Source of the DNA: Nitrospirota bacterium
GTDB lineage: Bacteria; Nitrospirota; UBA9217
Reading direction: 5' to 3'
Length of the DNA: 64,000 bases
Assembly: GCA_963749655.1 (NCBI GenBank)
Contig: CAVVOB010000030.1
Location: forward strand, 64,001-128,000
The notes under the pieces are model-generated. The model saw only the letters and a program-made list of their open reading frames with translations, did no database searches and was not told the DNA's origin. Positions 1 through 11,817 of this stretch are shown here, piece by piece (the first letter of the stretch is position 1; every line of letters begins with the position of its first letter). The position numbers and the translations under genes are program-made.

Positions 1-359
1 CCCACGACGGCTCCATCAAAGCCGTGGCCGAGGGAATCGTCGACGGCGCTGCTGTCGACAGCCTGATCTGGCATTACCTGGAAAGAACGAACCCGGAGTT
101 CACGTCTCTGGCCAAAGTTATTCAGAAGTCCCCGCCCTACGGCATTCCGCCGGTGGTTGTTCCCAAAGAACTCGATCCTCAGCTCAAAGAGAGACTGCGC
201 GCAGTGCTGTTGAATGCCCACCGTGACGACAAAGGCCGGGCCATTCTCCACGGCATGATGATCGACCGGTTCGTGCCCATCAACGATTCCGCCTACGATT
301 CCATCAGGACCATGAAGGTCTGGGTGGCCCAGCATAGTAAGAAAACGGCGGGCAAATAG
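1..359 (+). CDS. Phosphate/phosphonate-type ABC substrate-binding protein (PhnD-like), 5'-truncated by window edge
   Basis: AVAEGIVDGAAVDSL...SPPYGIPPVVV...F.PINDSAYD resembles the PhnD-family C-terminal lobe; directly upstream of a sensor gene. Confidence 0.7.
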   Translation, partial: HDGSIKAVAEGIVDGAAVDSLIWHYLERTNPEFTSLAKVIQKSPPYGIPPVVVPKELDPQLKERLRAVLLNAHRDDKGRAILHGMMIDRFVPINDSAYDSIRTMKVWVAQHSKKTAGK

Positions 360-362
360 CCC

Positions 363-1700
363 ATGGGCAAGGCCGGGCTTACCATAAAGATCTTCATGGC
401 CACGATCGCGATCGTCCTGTTCTTCGCGCTGGTCATGATCGTGTTCGCCAGGACCGTCCTCACCAGCACCCTCTACCGCACCCTCCAGAAGCGGGGCGTC
501 AGCATCGCGAAAAACATCGCCCAGAACAGCCTGAACCTGCTCCTCACCGAACGCTACGTCGAGCTCGAGCTGTTGGTCCGGGAACAGCAGGAATCGTCAG
601 AAGACATCGAGTACATCTATCTTCTGAATGCGCGGGGAGACGTTGCCGCGGACACGTTTCATGGCGGATTTCCAGCAGACCTGAGAGACGTGAACCGGCC
701 CAGGCCGGGACAGCAGGTGAGCATCCTGCGGCTCGACAGCGAGAAGGGGGTATTGTTCGACATCGCCGTCCCCCTTCTCAACGGCTCCGCCGGCGTGGCG
801 CATGTGGGCATGTCCGAGTTTCCGGTGAAAAGGGACGTGGAGCATGTCATCCGGCTCATCATCGGGATCGTCGTCATCGTGCTGGTCATCGGGATGGCCG
901 TTGCCGCGGCCCTTTCCGCGAGAATAACCAGGCCCCTCCGCGAGCTTGCGTCCGCCACGGTCGCCGTGCGCCACGGCAATCTGGCGGCGCGGGTCAAGGT
1001 CCGCTCAGAGGACGAGCTCGGCAACCTGGGGCAGGCGTTCAACGAAATGCTTGATGCGCGCCAGCAGGCCGAAGAAGGACTGAAAAAAAGCGAGCGCAAG
1101 CTGCGCGACATCACGGCCAGTCTGGGAGAGGGCGTCGTCGTGCTCGACGAAAAGGGGACCCTCGTATTCATGAACCCGGAAGCGGAGCAGCTGCTGGGGT
1201 GGAGCGAAGCGGACCTTGCGGGCAGGGATGTTCATGGGCTCGTACATCCTCATAAGACGGACGGAACTCCCCTGACGAGGGAAGAGTGTCCCTGTTTCAG
1301 GGCGCTCGCCATGGGCCAGACGATAGTGATCGATGACGACATCTTCATCCGCAAGGACGGGTCGCGCATTCCCGTTGCCTATATTTCCGCGCCGATCATG
1401 GAGAACGGCAAGGCGACGGCGATCGTGATCGCCTTTCGCGACATCACCCGGCAAAAGCAATATACGGCCGACCGGGAGCAGCTCATTCTTGCCTATGAGG
1501 ACGCGCTCGCGAACATCAAGACCCTCAAGGGCATGATGCCGATCTGCGCGTCCTGCAAAAGGATCCGCGACGATAAAGGCTACTGGAACCAGATAGAAAG
1601 CTATATCCGGGAGCACTCGGACGCCGAGTTCAGCCACGGCCTCTGCCCCGAATGCGCGCAGAGGATCTATCCCCAGTATTACAAAAAGGACGAAACTTGA
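363..1700 (+). CDS. Membrane sensor protein, 2 TM + HAMP + PAS + C-terminal Cys/His motif domain; no kinase domain
   Basis: HAMP (ITRPLREL...SEDELGNLGQAFNEM), PAS (GVVVLD...MNPEAEQLLGW), tail PICASCKRIRDDKGYW...SHGLCPEC. Confidence 0.8.
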   Translation: MGKAGLTIKIFMATIAIVLFFALVMIVFARTVLTSTLYRTLQKRGVSIAKNIAQNSLNLLLTERYVELELLVREQQESSEDIEYIYLLNARGDVAADTFHGGFPADLRDVNRPRPGQQVSILRLDSEKGVLFDIAVPLLNGSAGVAHVGMSEFPVKRDVEHVIRLIIGIVVIVLVIGMAVAAALSARITRPLRELASATVAVRHGNLAARVKVRSEDELGNLGQAFNEMLDARQQAEEGLKKSERKLRDITASLGEGVVVLDEKGTLVFMNPEAEQLLGWSEADLAGRDVHGLVHPHKTDGTPLTREECPCFRALAMGQTIVIDDDIFIRKDGSRIPVAYISAPIMENGKATAIVIAFRDITRQKQYTADREQLILAYEDALANIKTLKGMMPICASCKRIRDDKGYWNQIESYIREHSDAEFSHGLCPECAQRIYPQYYKKDET

Positions 1701-1732
1701 CAGCCCGCAGATGCCGGAGGGATAATTTCTTC

Positions 1733-2281
1733 ATGAAACGAGCGCTGCTGTCTATAATCGCCCTGGTTGTCCTTGCCGCCTGCGCGCCTGTCCTGGACCA
1801 ACAGCTGATGAGGGCGGGGACGCGCGAAGTGCCTTTTAACAGGCTCGAGGCAGCGCCAACGGAGTACAAGGGAAGGCTGTACATTCTCGGCGGGATGATT
1901 GTAGGCACCCGTTTGACGGAAGCAGGGTCCCAGATCGAGGCGCTCTACGCGCCGGTGGACAGCCGGGGGTATCTCGAGGAAGGTGGGCAGCTCAGGGGCA
2001 GGTTCTTCGCGATCTATCCGCGGTCAAAGGGCATGCTCGATCCCGAGATCTACCGGAAGGGGAGGCAGATCACCCTTGCAGGCGAGTTCGTTGATGTAAA
2101 AAAGGGGAAGATCGATGAGATGGAATACCTTTATCCCGTGTTCGAGATAAAACAGATCTACCTCTGGTCAGAGTATCGGCATTACGATTATCCGCCCTAT
2201 CCCTACTATTACTCCCCGCCCTTCCTGTACGATCCCTGGGGGAGGCCCTATCCGAATCCGTACTGGCCGCCGCCGTGGTAG
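1733..2281 (+). CDS. Slp/YeaY family outer-membrane lipoprotein
   Basis: Lipobox LAAC; GGMIV, GRFFA...LDPEIY.KGRQITLAG, YLYPVF..KQIYLW motifs; Pro/Tyr-rich tail. Confidence 0.8.
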   Translation: MKRALLSIIALVVLAACAPVLDQQLMRAGTREVPFNRLEAAPTEYKGRLYILGGMIVGTRLTEAGSQIEALYAPVDSRGYLEEGGQLRGRFFAIYPRSKGMLDPEIYRKGRQITLAGEFVDVKKGKIDEMEYLYPVFEIKQIYLWSEYRHYDYPPYPYYYSPPFLYDPWGRPYPNPYWPPPW

Positions 2282-2286
2282 CGGCT

Positions 2287-2526
2287 TCATGGCGACAGGT
2301 GCTGCCATTCGAGCGATGCTTCGTCGTAGCGGATGCGGTGTTGGATTCCGTCACTGCCTTTGACCTCGAAATAGCGCATCAGGACCCGGTCTTCCAGACT
2401 TTCTTCGAGCCAATGATCGAGGACCTCCACAACATCGATGCGGAGCCCGCGAAGAGCGAAGGTCACGGGCCGTTCGTTGCCGATGCGGCCTGAGTAGCTT
2501 ATGACATCGATCCGTTCGATATGCAT
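2287..2526 (-). CDS. Small conserved hypothetical protein (YSG..NERP..F...V.EVLD.W...YF.V type)
   Basis: 79-aa ORF from ATG 2526 with recognisable small beta-protein pattern. Confidence 0.6.
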   Translation of the reverse strand: MHIERIDVISYSGRIGNERPVTFALRGLRIDVVEVLDHWLEESLEDRVLMRYFEVKGSDGIQHRIRYDEASLEWQHLSP

Positions 2527-2658
2527 GGGCGCCTTTCCGGCTTTGCCTGTAATTTGGTGTAAAGCGCAACTATCATCAGAAACAAGCTGTTGAGACAATC
2601 ATAGAACAAAAATAGGATTGTTGCAGACTATCGAAGCGCGAGGGATTTCCGGACTACT

Positions 2659-2689
2659 AACTTAAAACTAAAAACTCAGAACTCAAAAC
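2659..2689. repeat. Heptamer-periodic repeat (AACTNAR)x4
   Basis: aacttaa aactaaa aactcag aactcaa aac. Confidence 0.7.
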
Positions 2690-2715
2690 GCTTTTTTGCT
2701 GAGCGGGAGGATGAA

Positions 2716-2886
2716 ATGATCTCACCTGAAACGATATATGACACCGTTGCCAAACTTGGCAAGACGCCGTGCTATCTCCTCCGTCACCCCTGGAACCAGA
2801 ACAAATCAGTGGTCGAAGGCGTTGAATGGGTTGATACGTGGAGCGAATTAACAAAAAGACTCTTGGCAAGAGTTGATACCAAATAA
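2716..2886 (+). pseudogene. Possible C-terminal fragment of a HAD-type 5'(3')-nucleotidase
   Basis: 56-aa ORF ...PETI...CYLLRHPWNQ...GVEWVDTWSEL resembles the NT5C-like C-terminus; no N-terminal part seen. Confidence 0.3.
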
Positions 2887-2999
2887 CGGCACATTAGGGG
2901 GGAGGCACAGGCAATGGGGTTTTGAATCGGATGATATTACTTCAAAAGCTCAGGACACCAAGGGGACATACTATGTCGCTCCTGTCAAGTGTAGCTGTC

Positions 3000-3216
3000 A
3001 GCGGGTCAGACATCAGAAATTAAGTTATTGTTATAACCGTTGAACCTACCTTCCTACTTCTTCAACACCGTCCTCTTCTCCTCCAGTTCTTCCCCTTCGA
3101 AGGAAGGATTAGCGGGTCAGACATCAGAAATTAAGTTATCGTTATAAGAGTTGGACCTATCTTCCTACTTCTTCAACATCGTCCTCTTCCTCCAGTTTTT
3201 CCCCTTCGCGGGAAAG
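3000..3216. repeat. Diverged tandem duplication (~106 bp x2) that includes the last ~16 codons of nadB
   Basis: Both copies (3000 and 3111) begin AGCGGGTCAGACATCAGAAATTAAGTTAT and contain CTTCCTACTTCTTCAACA. Confidence 0.9.
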
Positions 3217-4736
3217 TCCATCCTATAATGCGCGCCGACGCTGCCTTCGCGGAGCAGGGCCGAGCGGGTGATGAGCGTCGAAGCAAGGATCATATTCTTG
3301 AGCTCGAAAATAGTGCGATCGCAGCACAGGTTTTTGGTCATGCGGTCCCACTTCCGCAGTTGCTTGAGCGCGACAGTCAGGTCCTTCTTGTTCCGCACGA
3401 TCCCTGCTTTTTCCCACATAAGCTTCTTGAGTGCAGCGCGAATATTGGCGATGTCCCGCGTTGTCGCGGAAGAACTGGATTCTTTTTCAGACAACAGGGA
3501 GAGTTTTGACAGGTCTTTCCGGTCAGGATGCTTCCGCGCATACCGCGCGGCAGCCAGCCCCGCACGCTCGCCGTAGACCAGGCCTTCCAATAATGAGTTG
3601 CTGGCAAGACGGTTTGCTCCGTGCACGCCGGTGCAGGCTGTTTCGCCTGCCGCGTACAGACCCGGGATGGTAGTGGCTCCCCAGAGGTCGGTTCTCACAC
3701 CGCCCATCATGTAGTGGGCCGCGGGGGACACGGGAATGGGCTCTGAAGTGATGTCGATGCCGAGGTCTTTGCAGGTCCGGTAAATGCGCGGAAAGCGCTT
3801 CATTATATAATCAGCGTTCAAATGGGTCATGTCCAGATATACGTGGCTTGATCCAGTTGCATGCATCTCGGAATGAATGGCGCGGGTGACCACGTCGCGC
3901 GGGGCAAGCTCCCGCGCGGGATGGTAGCTGTCCATGAAGCGGAGCCCCTGGACGTTCCTGAGCATGCCGCCTTCGCCCCGCATGGCCTCGGAGAGCAGGA
4001 ACTGCGGAGCGCCTTTGCGATACAATGCGGTCGGGTGGAACTGGACGAACTCCATATCCACGAGCTCGGCGCCGGCGCGGAAGGCCATGGCCATGCCGTC
4101 GCCCGTGGCAACGGCGGGATTCGTCGTTCTTTCGTAGAGCTGTCCCGATCCGCCGGTGGCGAGCAGCACGGCCCGGGCTGAAATAACGAGCACCTTTTTC
4201 AGCTTCTGCTGGCAGACCACGGCGCCGACGCAGCGTCCATCCCGGATGATCAGGTCCCGTGTAAAGGCGAAGTCGATCTTGGATACGGTCTGCGTTGCAC
4301 GCACCTTGTCGATCAAAACGCGCATGATCTCCTTGCCCGTCGAGTCGCCCTGGGCATGGAGAATCCTCCGTTTGGAGTGGGCCGCTTCCTGCGTGAAGGC
4401 GAGCCTGGTGCCTTCCTTGTCGAATTCCGCGCCCCAGAAGATGAGCTCGCGGATGCGCGTAGGGCCTTCTTCCACGAGGGTGCCCACGGCCTTGCGGATG
4501 CAGAGGCCGTCGCCGGCCTTTATCGTGTCGTCGAAATGGATCGAGATCTCGTCTTCATCGGAAAGCGCCACGGCAACGCCGCCCTGGGCATATTCGCTGC
4601 TGCTCTCCGTGGGCGCGTCCTTGGTCACGACGAGCACGTCGCCGTTCTGCGCAAGCTCGAGCGCCGCCCGGAGCCCGGCCACGCCGCCGCCGATGATCAG
4701 GAAATCGGTTGATATGTGTTCGGTCGCGTAGTTCAT
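3165..4736 (-). CDS. nadB: L-aspartate oxidase
   Basis: GGGVAG FAD motif, SSEYAQGG, AAHS, EFVQFHPT, HYMMGG, TGVHGANRLASNSLLEG; start MNYATEH at 4736. Confidence 0.95.
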   Translation of the reverse strand: MNYATEHISTDFLIIGGGVAGLRAALELAQNGDVLVVTKDAPTESSSEYAQGGVAVALSDEDEISIHFDDTIKAGDGLCIRKAVGTLVEEGPTRIRELIFWGAEFDKEGTRLAFTQEAAHSKRRILHAQGDSTGKEIMRVLIDKVRATQTVSKIDFAFTRDLIIRDGRCVGAVVCQQKLKKVLVISARAVLLATGGSGQLYERTTNPAVATGDGMAMAFRAGAELVDMEFVQFHPTALYRKGAPQFLLSEAMRGEGGMLRNVQGLRFMDSYHPARELAPRDVVTRAIHSEMHATGSSHVYLDMTHLNADYIMKRFPRIYRTCKDLGIDITSEPIPVSPAAHYMMGGVRTDLWGATTIPGLYAAGETACTGVHGANRLASNSLLEGLVYGERAGLAAARYARKHPDRKDLSKLSLLSEKESSSSATTRDIANIRAALKKLMWEKAGIVRNKKDLTVALKQLRKWDRMTKNLCCDRTIFELKNMILASTLITRSALLREGSVGAHYRMDFPAKGKNWRKRTMLKK

Positions 4737-4740
4737 TTCG

Positions 4741-4825
4741 AATGCGGAATGCATGGGGCAGAGTGCAGAGGGCATGAGGGGAAATACCGACGTTACCCTG
4801 TGCTCGTTGCTCTCTGCGCTATGCC
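4741..4825. repeat. Heptamer-periodic imperfect inverted repeat between lipoprotein gene and nadB
   Basis: gcatggggcagagtgcagagggcatg ... ccctgtgctcgttgctctctgcgctatgc. Confidence 0.6.
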
Positions 4826-4827
4826 GG

Positions 4828-5298
4828 TCATTTTCCCGGAGTCTGCCCCGGCTGAGGGACAAAGGGGTTCTTGCCGTCGATCGAGACGAGCTTGTAGTCC
4901 TTCGGTTCGAACACAAGGGTCACCCGCGCGCCGTCTTTCTGGCTCGCACCGTCCGCAGCCACCCACTCCGCCTCGCAGGTGAAGGTCGGTTTGATCTGTC
5001 CCGCCTGATCCATTAGGATGATCATCTTGGAGTAATTGATGGAGAGATGGACGGTCTTATACCGGGTGAACACCGCGCCCAGCGACTTGGAAAAAGCATC
5101 GCGGCCCTTGTAGGCGCCGGACACATCGTCCATGAAGGCGTTGAGATTCTTTGCATCGTAGGACTTGTTCAGCGATCGGAGAACGGAAAGGACATCCCTG
5201 CTTTTGGCCAGCTCCTGGCCGGGAGCTTTCTTGTCGCTGCAGGAGGAAAAAAGAACGAGTACGACAATGAGTGCTGCGAGGGAGAGCATGCGTTTCAT
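4828..5298 (-). CDS. Hypothetical lipoprotein (NTF2-like fold possible)
   Basis: Signal peptide with lipobox FSSC; GGAGG upstream. Confidence 0.7.
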   Translation of the reverse strand: MKRMLSLAALIVVLVLFSSCSDKKAPGQELAKSRDVLSVLRSLNKSYDAKNLNAFMDDVSGAYKGRDAFSKSLGAVFTRYKTVHLSINYSKMIILMDQAGQIKPTFTCEAEWVAADGASQKDGARVTLVFEPKDYKLVSIDGKNPFVPQPGQTPGK

Positions 5299-5324
5299 GG
5301 GGCCTCCGGAAGGTTCAAAACTCA

Positions 5325-5430
5325 GTTTCGAGTTTCGGGGTTGGTTCTGGTTGTCGGGTTCGGGTTCTGGTTCTGGATTCGGGAGTTTGAGTTTTTAGTT
5401 TTGAGTTTCAAGCTTCAGGTTTCACGTTTA
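5325..5430. repeat. G/T-rich heptamer-periodic repeat tract
   Basis: gtttcga gtttcgg ... tttttag ttttgag tttcaag cttcagg tttcacg. Confidence 0.65.
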
Positions 5431-5478
5431 GAACGATAGATATCATTCCACATTGGTCTGGAGGCTTCTGATTCGCCA

Positions 5479-8280
5479 CTATAGTATCTTTTTCAGAAAC
5501 TGTCCAGTATGGGATTTCGGCGCGCGGGCCACTTCCTCGGGAGTTCCCTGGGCCACGATCTGGCCGCCGCCGTCCCCGCCCTCGGGGCCGAGGTCTATGA
5601 TCCAGTCCGCGGTCTTGATCACGTCGAGGTTGTGCTCGATCACCACGACCGTATTTCCGGCGTTGACGAGCTGGTTCAGCATGTCGAGCAGCTTCTGCGT
5701 GTCCGCGAAGTGAAGGCCCGTCGTCGGCTCGTCGAGGATGTAGAGCGTGCGCCCCGTGGCGCGGCGCGAGAGCTCCTTCGACAGCTTGACGCGCTGCGAT
5801 TCACCGCCCGAAAGCGTCGTGGCCGACTGTCCCAGCGTGATGTATCCGAGGCCGACCTCCATGAGCGTCTGGAGCTTCGACCGGACGGGCGGGACGTTCT
5901 GGAAGAACTCGAGGGCCTGCTCCACGGTCATGGCGAGCACGTCGGCGATGTTCTTGCCCTTGTACCGGATGTCGAGGGTCTCGCGGTTGTAGCGGCTGCC
6001 CTGGCATACGTCGCAGGTCACGTACACGTCGGGCAGGAAGTGCATCTCGATCTTGATGAGGCCGTCTCCCTCGCAGGCTTCGCACCGGCCGCCCTTGACG
6101 TTGAAACTGTAGCGGCCCGCCTTGTAGCCGCGCACCCGCGACTCCGGGAGCTGGGCGAAGAGCTCGCGGACCGGGCTGAAGACGCCGGTGTAGGTGGCCG
6201 GGTTCGAGCGCGGCGTCCGGCCGATGGGCGACTGGTCGATGTCGATGACCTTGTCGATGTGCTCCAGTCCCTTGATGTCCTTGTGCTTGCCCGCCCGCTC
6301 CGTGGAGCGGTAGAGGCGCTGCGCCAGGGCGCGGTACAGGATGTCGACGACCAGGGTGCTCTTGCCGGAGCCCGACACGCCGGTCACGCAGGTGAAGATG
6401 CCGAGGGGAAAGGGGACGGTGATGCTCCGGAGATTGTTCTCCGTTGCGCCTACGATGCTGATCGACTTGTTGGACGTCCGGCGGGAGGGCGGTACGTCGA
6501 TGTAAGCCTTCCCCGAAAGATACTGGCCGGTGAGCGACTCCGGCACCCGCTGCACTTCCTGCGGGGTCCCCTGGGCCACGATCTCGCCGCCGTGCACGCC
6601 CGCGCCCGGCCCCATGTCGATCACGTGGTCCGCCGAGCGGATGGTCTCCTCGTCGTGCTCCACCACGAGGACGGTGTTGCCGAGATCGCGCAGCCGGAAC
6701 AGCGTGTCCAGGAGTCGCCGGTTGTCCCGCTGGTGCAGGCCGATGGACGGCTCGTCGAGAATGTACAGAACGCCGACGAGAGAGGAGCCGATCTGGGTGG
6801 CCAGCCGGATGCGCTGTCCCTCGCCGCCGGACAGCGTGGCTGCGCCCCGCTCCAGGGTCAGGTAGTCGAGGCCCACGTGCACCATGAAGCCGAGGCGCTC
6901 GCGGATCTCTTTCAGGATCCGCTGGGCAATGGCCCGCTCCTTGTCCGTGAGCTTCAGCTCCCCGAAAAAGGCCAGCGCCTGCCTGATGCTCATGCGGGTG
7001 ATCTCGTGAATGTTCAAGCCGGCGACCTTGATGGAAAGGGACTCTTTCCGCAGCCTGCTTCCCTCGCAATCCGGACAGGTCTGGTAGTTCATGTACTGCT
7101 CCAGCTCCCATTGGATGGCGTAGGAATCGGTCTCGTCGTAGCGGTGCTTCAGGTTCTCGATGACCCCTTCGAAGGGCTTGCAGGCCGCTCCCCGCCGCCC
7201 CGCCGAGGCTCCGGCCCCCGTTCTCGCCGGTGCCGTGAAGGAGCATCTTCTGCTGCGCGGCCGACAGATTCCGGAAGGGGGTATTGACGTCGAAGCCGCA
7301 CCCGTCGGCAATGGAGTGGAGCATGTCGTAGTGATAGACCGAGGTGCGCTTGGCCCACGGCTTTATCGCCCCTTCCCGGAGCGAAAGGTTCGGGTTCGGG
7401 ACGATGAGGTCCGGATCGAATTCGAGGAGCCCTCCCAGGCCGTCGCAGGTGGGGCAGGCGCCCTGGGGGCTGTTGAAGGAGAAGCTGTTGGGCGCGATGT
7501 CGGGATAGCTGATGTTGTCGACGATGCAGGCCAGCTTCTCGCTGTAGAGAAGGTCCTTCTTCTGGTCCACAAGGTTGATGAGGACGATGCCCTCGGCCTG
7601 CCGGAGGGCCGTCTCGATGCTTTCTGCAAGCCGCCGCTCCACGCCGGGCTTGATCACGAGCCGGTCGATCACGATCTCGATGTCGTGCTTCTTCTTCTTG
7701 TCCATCGGGACCGGCTCGGAGAGGTCCTTGATCACGCCGTCGATCCGGGCCCGCACGTACCCCGACGCGCCCGCGGCCATCAGCTCCTTCTTATACTCGC
7801 CCTTCCGGCCGCGCACGATCGGCGCCAGCACCTGGATGCGCTGGTTTCCCGCGGCAGGGCCATGACCGCATCGGTGATCTGCTGGACCGTCTGGGCGGCG
7901 ATCTCGCGGCCGCATTTGTAGCAGAAGGGCTTGCCGATGCGGGCGTAGAGGAGGCGCAGGTAGTCGTAGACCTCGGTAACGGTGCCGACGGTCGAACGGG
8001 GGTTCTTGCTCGTGGTTTTCTGCTCGATGGCGATGGCGGGCGACAGGCCGTCGATGGAGTCCACGTCCGGCTTGTCCATCTGGCCCAGGAACTGCCGGGC
8101 GTAAGCCGAAAGGCTTTCGACATAGCGCCGCTGGCCCTCGGCGTAGATCGTGTCGAAGGCGAGCGATGATTTGCCCGAACCCGACAAACCGGTGATGACG
8201 ACCAGCTTGTCCCGCGGGATCTCGAGGTCGATGTTTTTAAGATTGTGCTGGCGGCAGCCCTTAAGAATGATCTTGTTCAT
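5479..8280 (-). CDS. uvrA: Excinuclease ABC subunit A; reading frame broken by two 1-bp indels (~7840, ~7185)
   Basis: [15 protein letters not shown], Zn fingers, [28 protein letters not shown] spread over three ORFs in different frames. Confidence 0.95.
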
Positions 8281-8310
8281 AGGAATAGCGGAATCACGAA
8301 GCGAAAGATA

Positions 8311-8339
8311 ATTGTACCACCGGGCATGGGTGGAGTAAA
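8311..8339 (-). promoter_or_regulatory. Putative sigma70 promoter for uvrA
   Basis: Minus strand TTTACT-17-TACAAT with TG extension. Confidence 0.45.
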
Positions 8340-8548
8340 GAAATTTATAGCGCACAGGCCTTCGCGGGGAACGGCGCAGGGGGCGGTTTACGCGGCGGAA
8401 AAGCAGGGCGGCGAGGTCCTTCAGAGAGGGGATGAACGCTTGTCGGCACCGCCTCCGCCGGCGCCGATGCGCCGGAGGTTGCAGCGTTGCTTGCCTATTC
8501 TATAATCAAAAACATTGCGCTCATTTATATTATTTATAGGCAAAATTC

Positions 8549-8577
8549 TTGACAATGATTTTTCGTTGTGTTAACTT
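8549..8577 (+). promoter_or_regulatory. Putative sigma70 promoter of the atp operon
   Basis: TTGACA-17-TAACTT with TG extension; AT-rich upstream tract. Confidence 0.55.
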
Positions 8578-8633
8578 TTTTCACACTTTAAAAGGCCAAA
8601 CAAGCGTTTCTCTGTCTGAGAGGAAACTGCATT

Positions 8634-9060
8634 ATGATAGATATCAACTTCAACACTTCTTATCCAGCTCGTCAACTTCCTTGTTCTGCTCGTCGTCCTC
8701 CATATCATTCTTTTCAAGCCCATCCGGCAGGTCATGCAGGAGCGCGAGCAGGGGATCAGCTCCGCGCTGGGCGATGCCAGGAATGCGTCGGAGCGCATGC
8801 AGAGCCTCCTCGACGGTTATAATACCTCGCTGGCCGAGGCCAAGCAGAAGGCGACAACCGTCTACAATACCGGCTACCAGCAGGGCCTTGATGCGCAGCG
8901 CGAGATGATCTCCGCCGAGCGCGCCAAAGCCTCGGAGATGCTCGATAAGGCCCGCGCCGAGGTCTCTTCGGCATCCGCCGCCGCGAGGGCGGATCTCAAG
9001 AAAGAGGCGGAGCGGCTGTCCCAGGAGATCACCTCCAAGCTGCTCGGAAGGGCGGTGTAG
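8634..9060 (+). CDS. atpF: ATP synthase F0 subunit b' (1-bp frameshift near 8651)
   Basis: MIDINF + LLIQLVNFLVLLVVLHIILFKPIRQVMQERE joined across an extra base; first gene of atp operon. Confidence 0.85.
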
Positions 9061-9074
9061 CCGTGGGGAATACC

Positions 9075-9653
9075 ATGCTGAAGAAATCCATATCATATGT
9101 CCTTGCTCGCAGCCTGTGTTCTGGCCGCGGGATTTGCCTTTGCATCGGAAGCAGCCGAGGGCGGCCATGAAACCATGACGTTCATGGGGGACTGGTTCCC
9201 GAGGCTCGTCAATTTCGGCATCATCGCCTTCGTCGTGGTCTACTTCATGAGAAAGCCTGTCCGCGATTTCTTCGCGAACCGGACCGCCGAGATCGCAAAG
9301 GCCATGCAGGAATCCAGGGAAGCCCGCGACCGCGCCGTTTCGGCCCTGGCCGAGATGGAGCGGAAGATCAAAGACCTCGAGGCGGAGACGGCGCGCCTGG
9401 TGGCTGATGCGCAGGTCCGCGGCGAGAAGGACCGCCAGGCGCTTATCGAGGAAGGCAAGCGGGTCGCCCAGGAAGTACAGGCGCAGGTCAAGGACGGCAT
9501 CGACATCGAAGTGCAGAAAGCCAAGTCCGCCCTTGCCATGGAGGCCTCGCTCCTTTCCATCGAGCTGGCCGAGGGCAAGATCAAAGAAAAGATCAGCAGC
9601 CAGGACCATGAGCGCATTGTGAAGGAATACGTCGCCAAAGTGGGAGGCAAGGG

Positions 9654-9657
<4 letters not shown>
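9075..9657 (+). CDS. atpF: ATP synthase F0 subunit b (probable 1-bp indel near 9102; alternative start 9097)
   Basis: AFASEAAEGGH...PRLVNFGII...KPVRDFF..R; coiled coil. Confidence 0.85.
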
Positions 9658-11733
<2,076 letters not shown>

Positions 11734-11736
11734 GAC

Positions 11737-11806
11737 AGTTTAGTGTTTCGTGTTTAGCGTTTCGAGTGACTTCAAACCCGAAACCCAGAACGCGGAACTC
11801 GGAACC
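11737..11806. repeat. Heptamer-periodic inverted-repeat element in atpA-atpG spacer
   Basis: gtttagt gtttcgt gtttagc gtttcga ... aacccga aacccag aacgcgg aactcgg aac. Confidence 0.8.
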
Positions 11807-11817
11807 AGGACGAAAAC

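Noticed and set aside
3000-3216. nadB tail duplication as a DGR template/variable repeat pair
   Set aside because: No reverse transcriptase in the window, differences are not adenine-specific, and half of the repeat is non-coding.
5479-8280. uvrA as a true pseudogene or programmed frameshift
   Set aside because: All motifs are intact and similar indels hit ATP synthase genes; assembly error is the simpler explanation.
8281-8345. GAAC-N4-GTTC SOS box upstream of uvrA (also checked upstream of radC)
   Set aside because: No match found by eye in either region.
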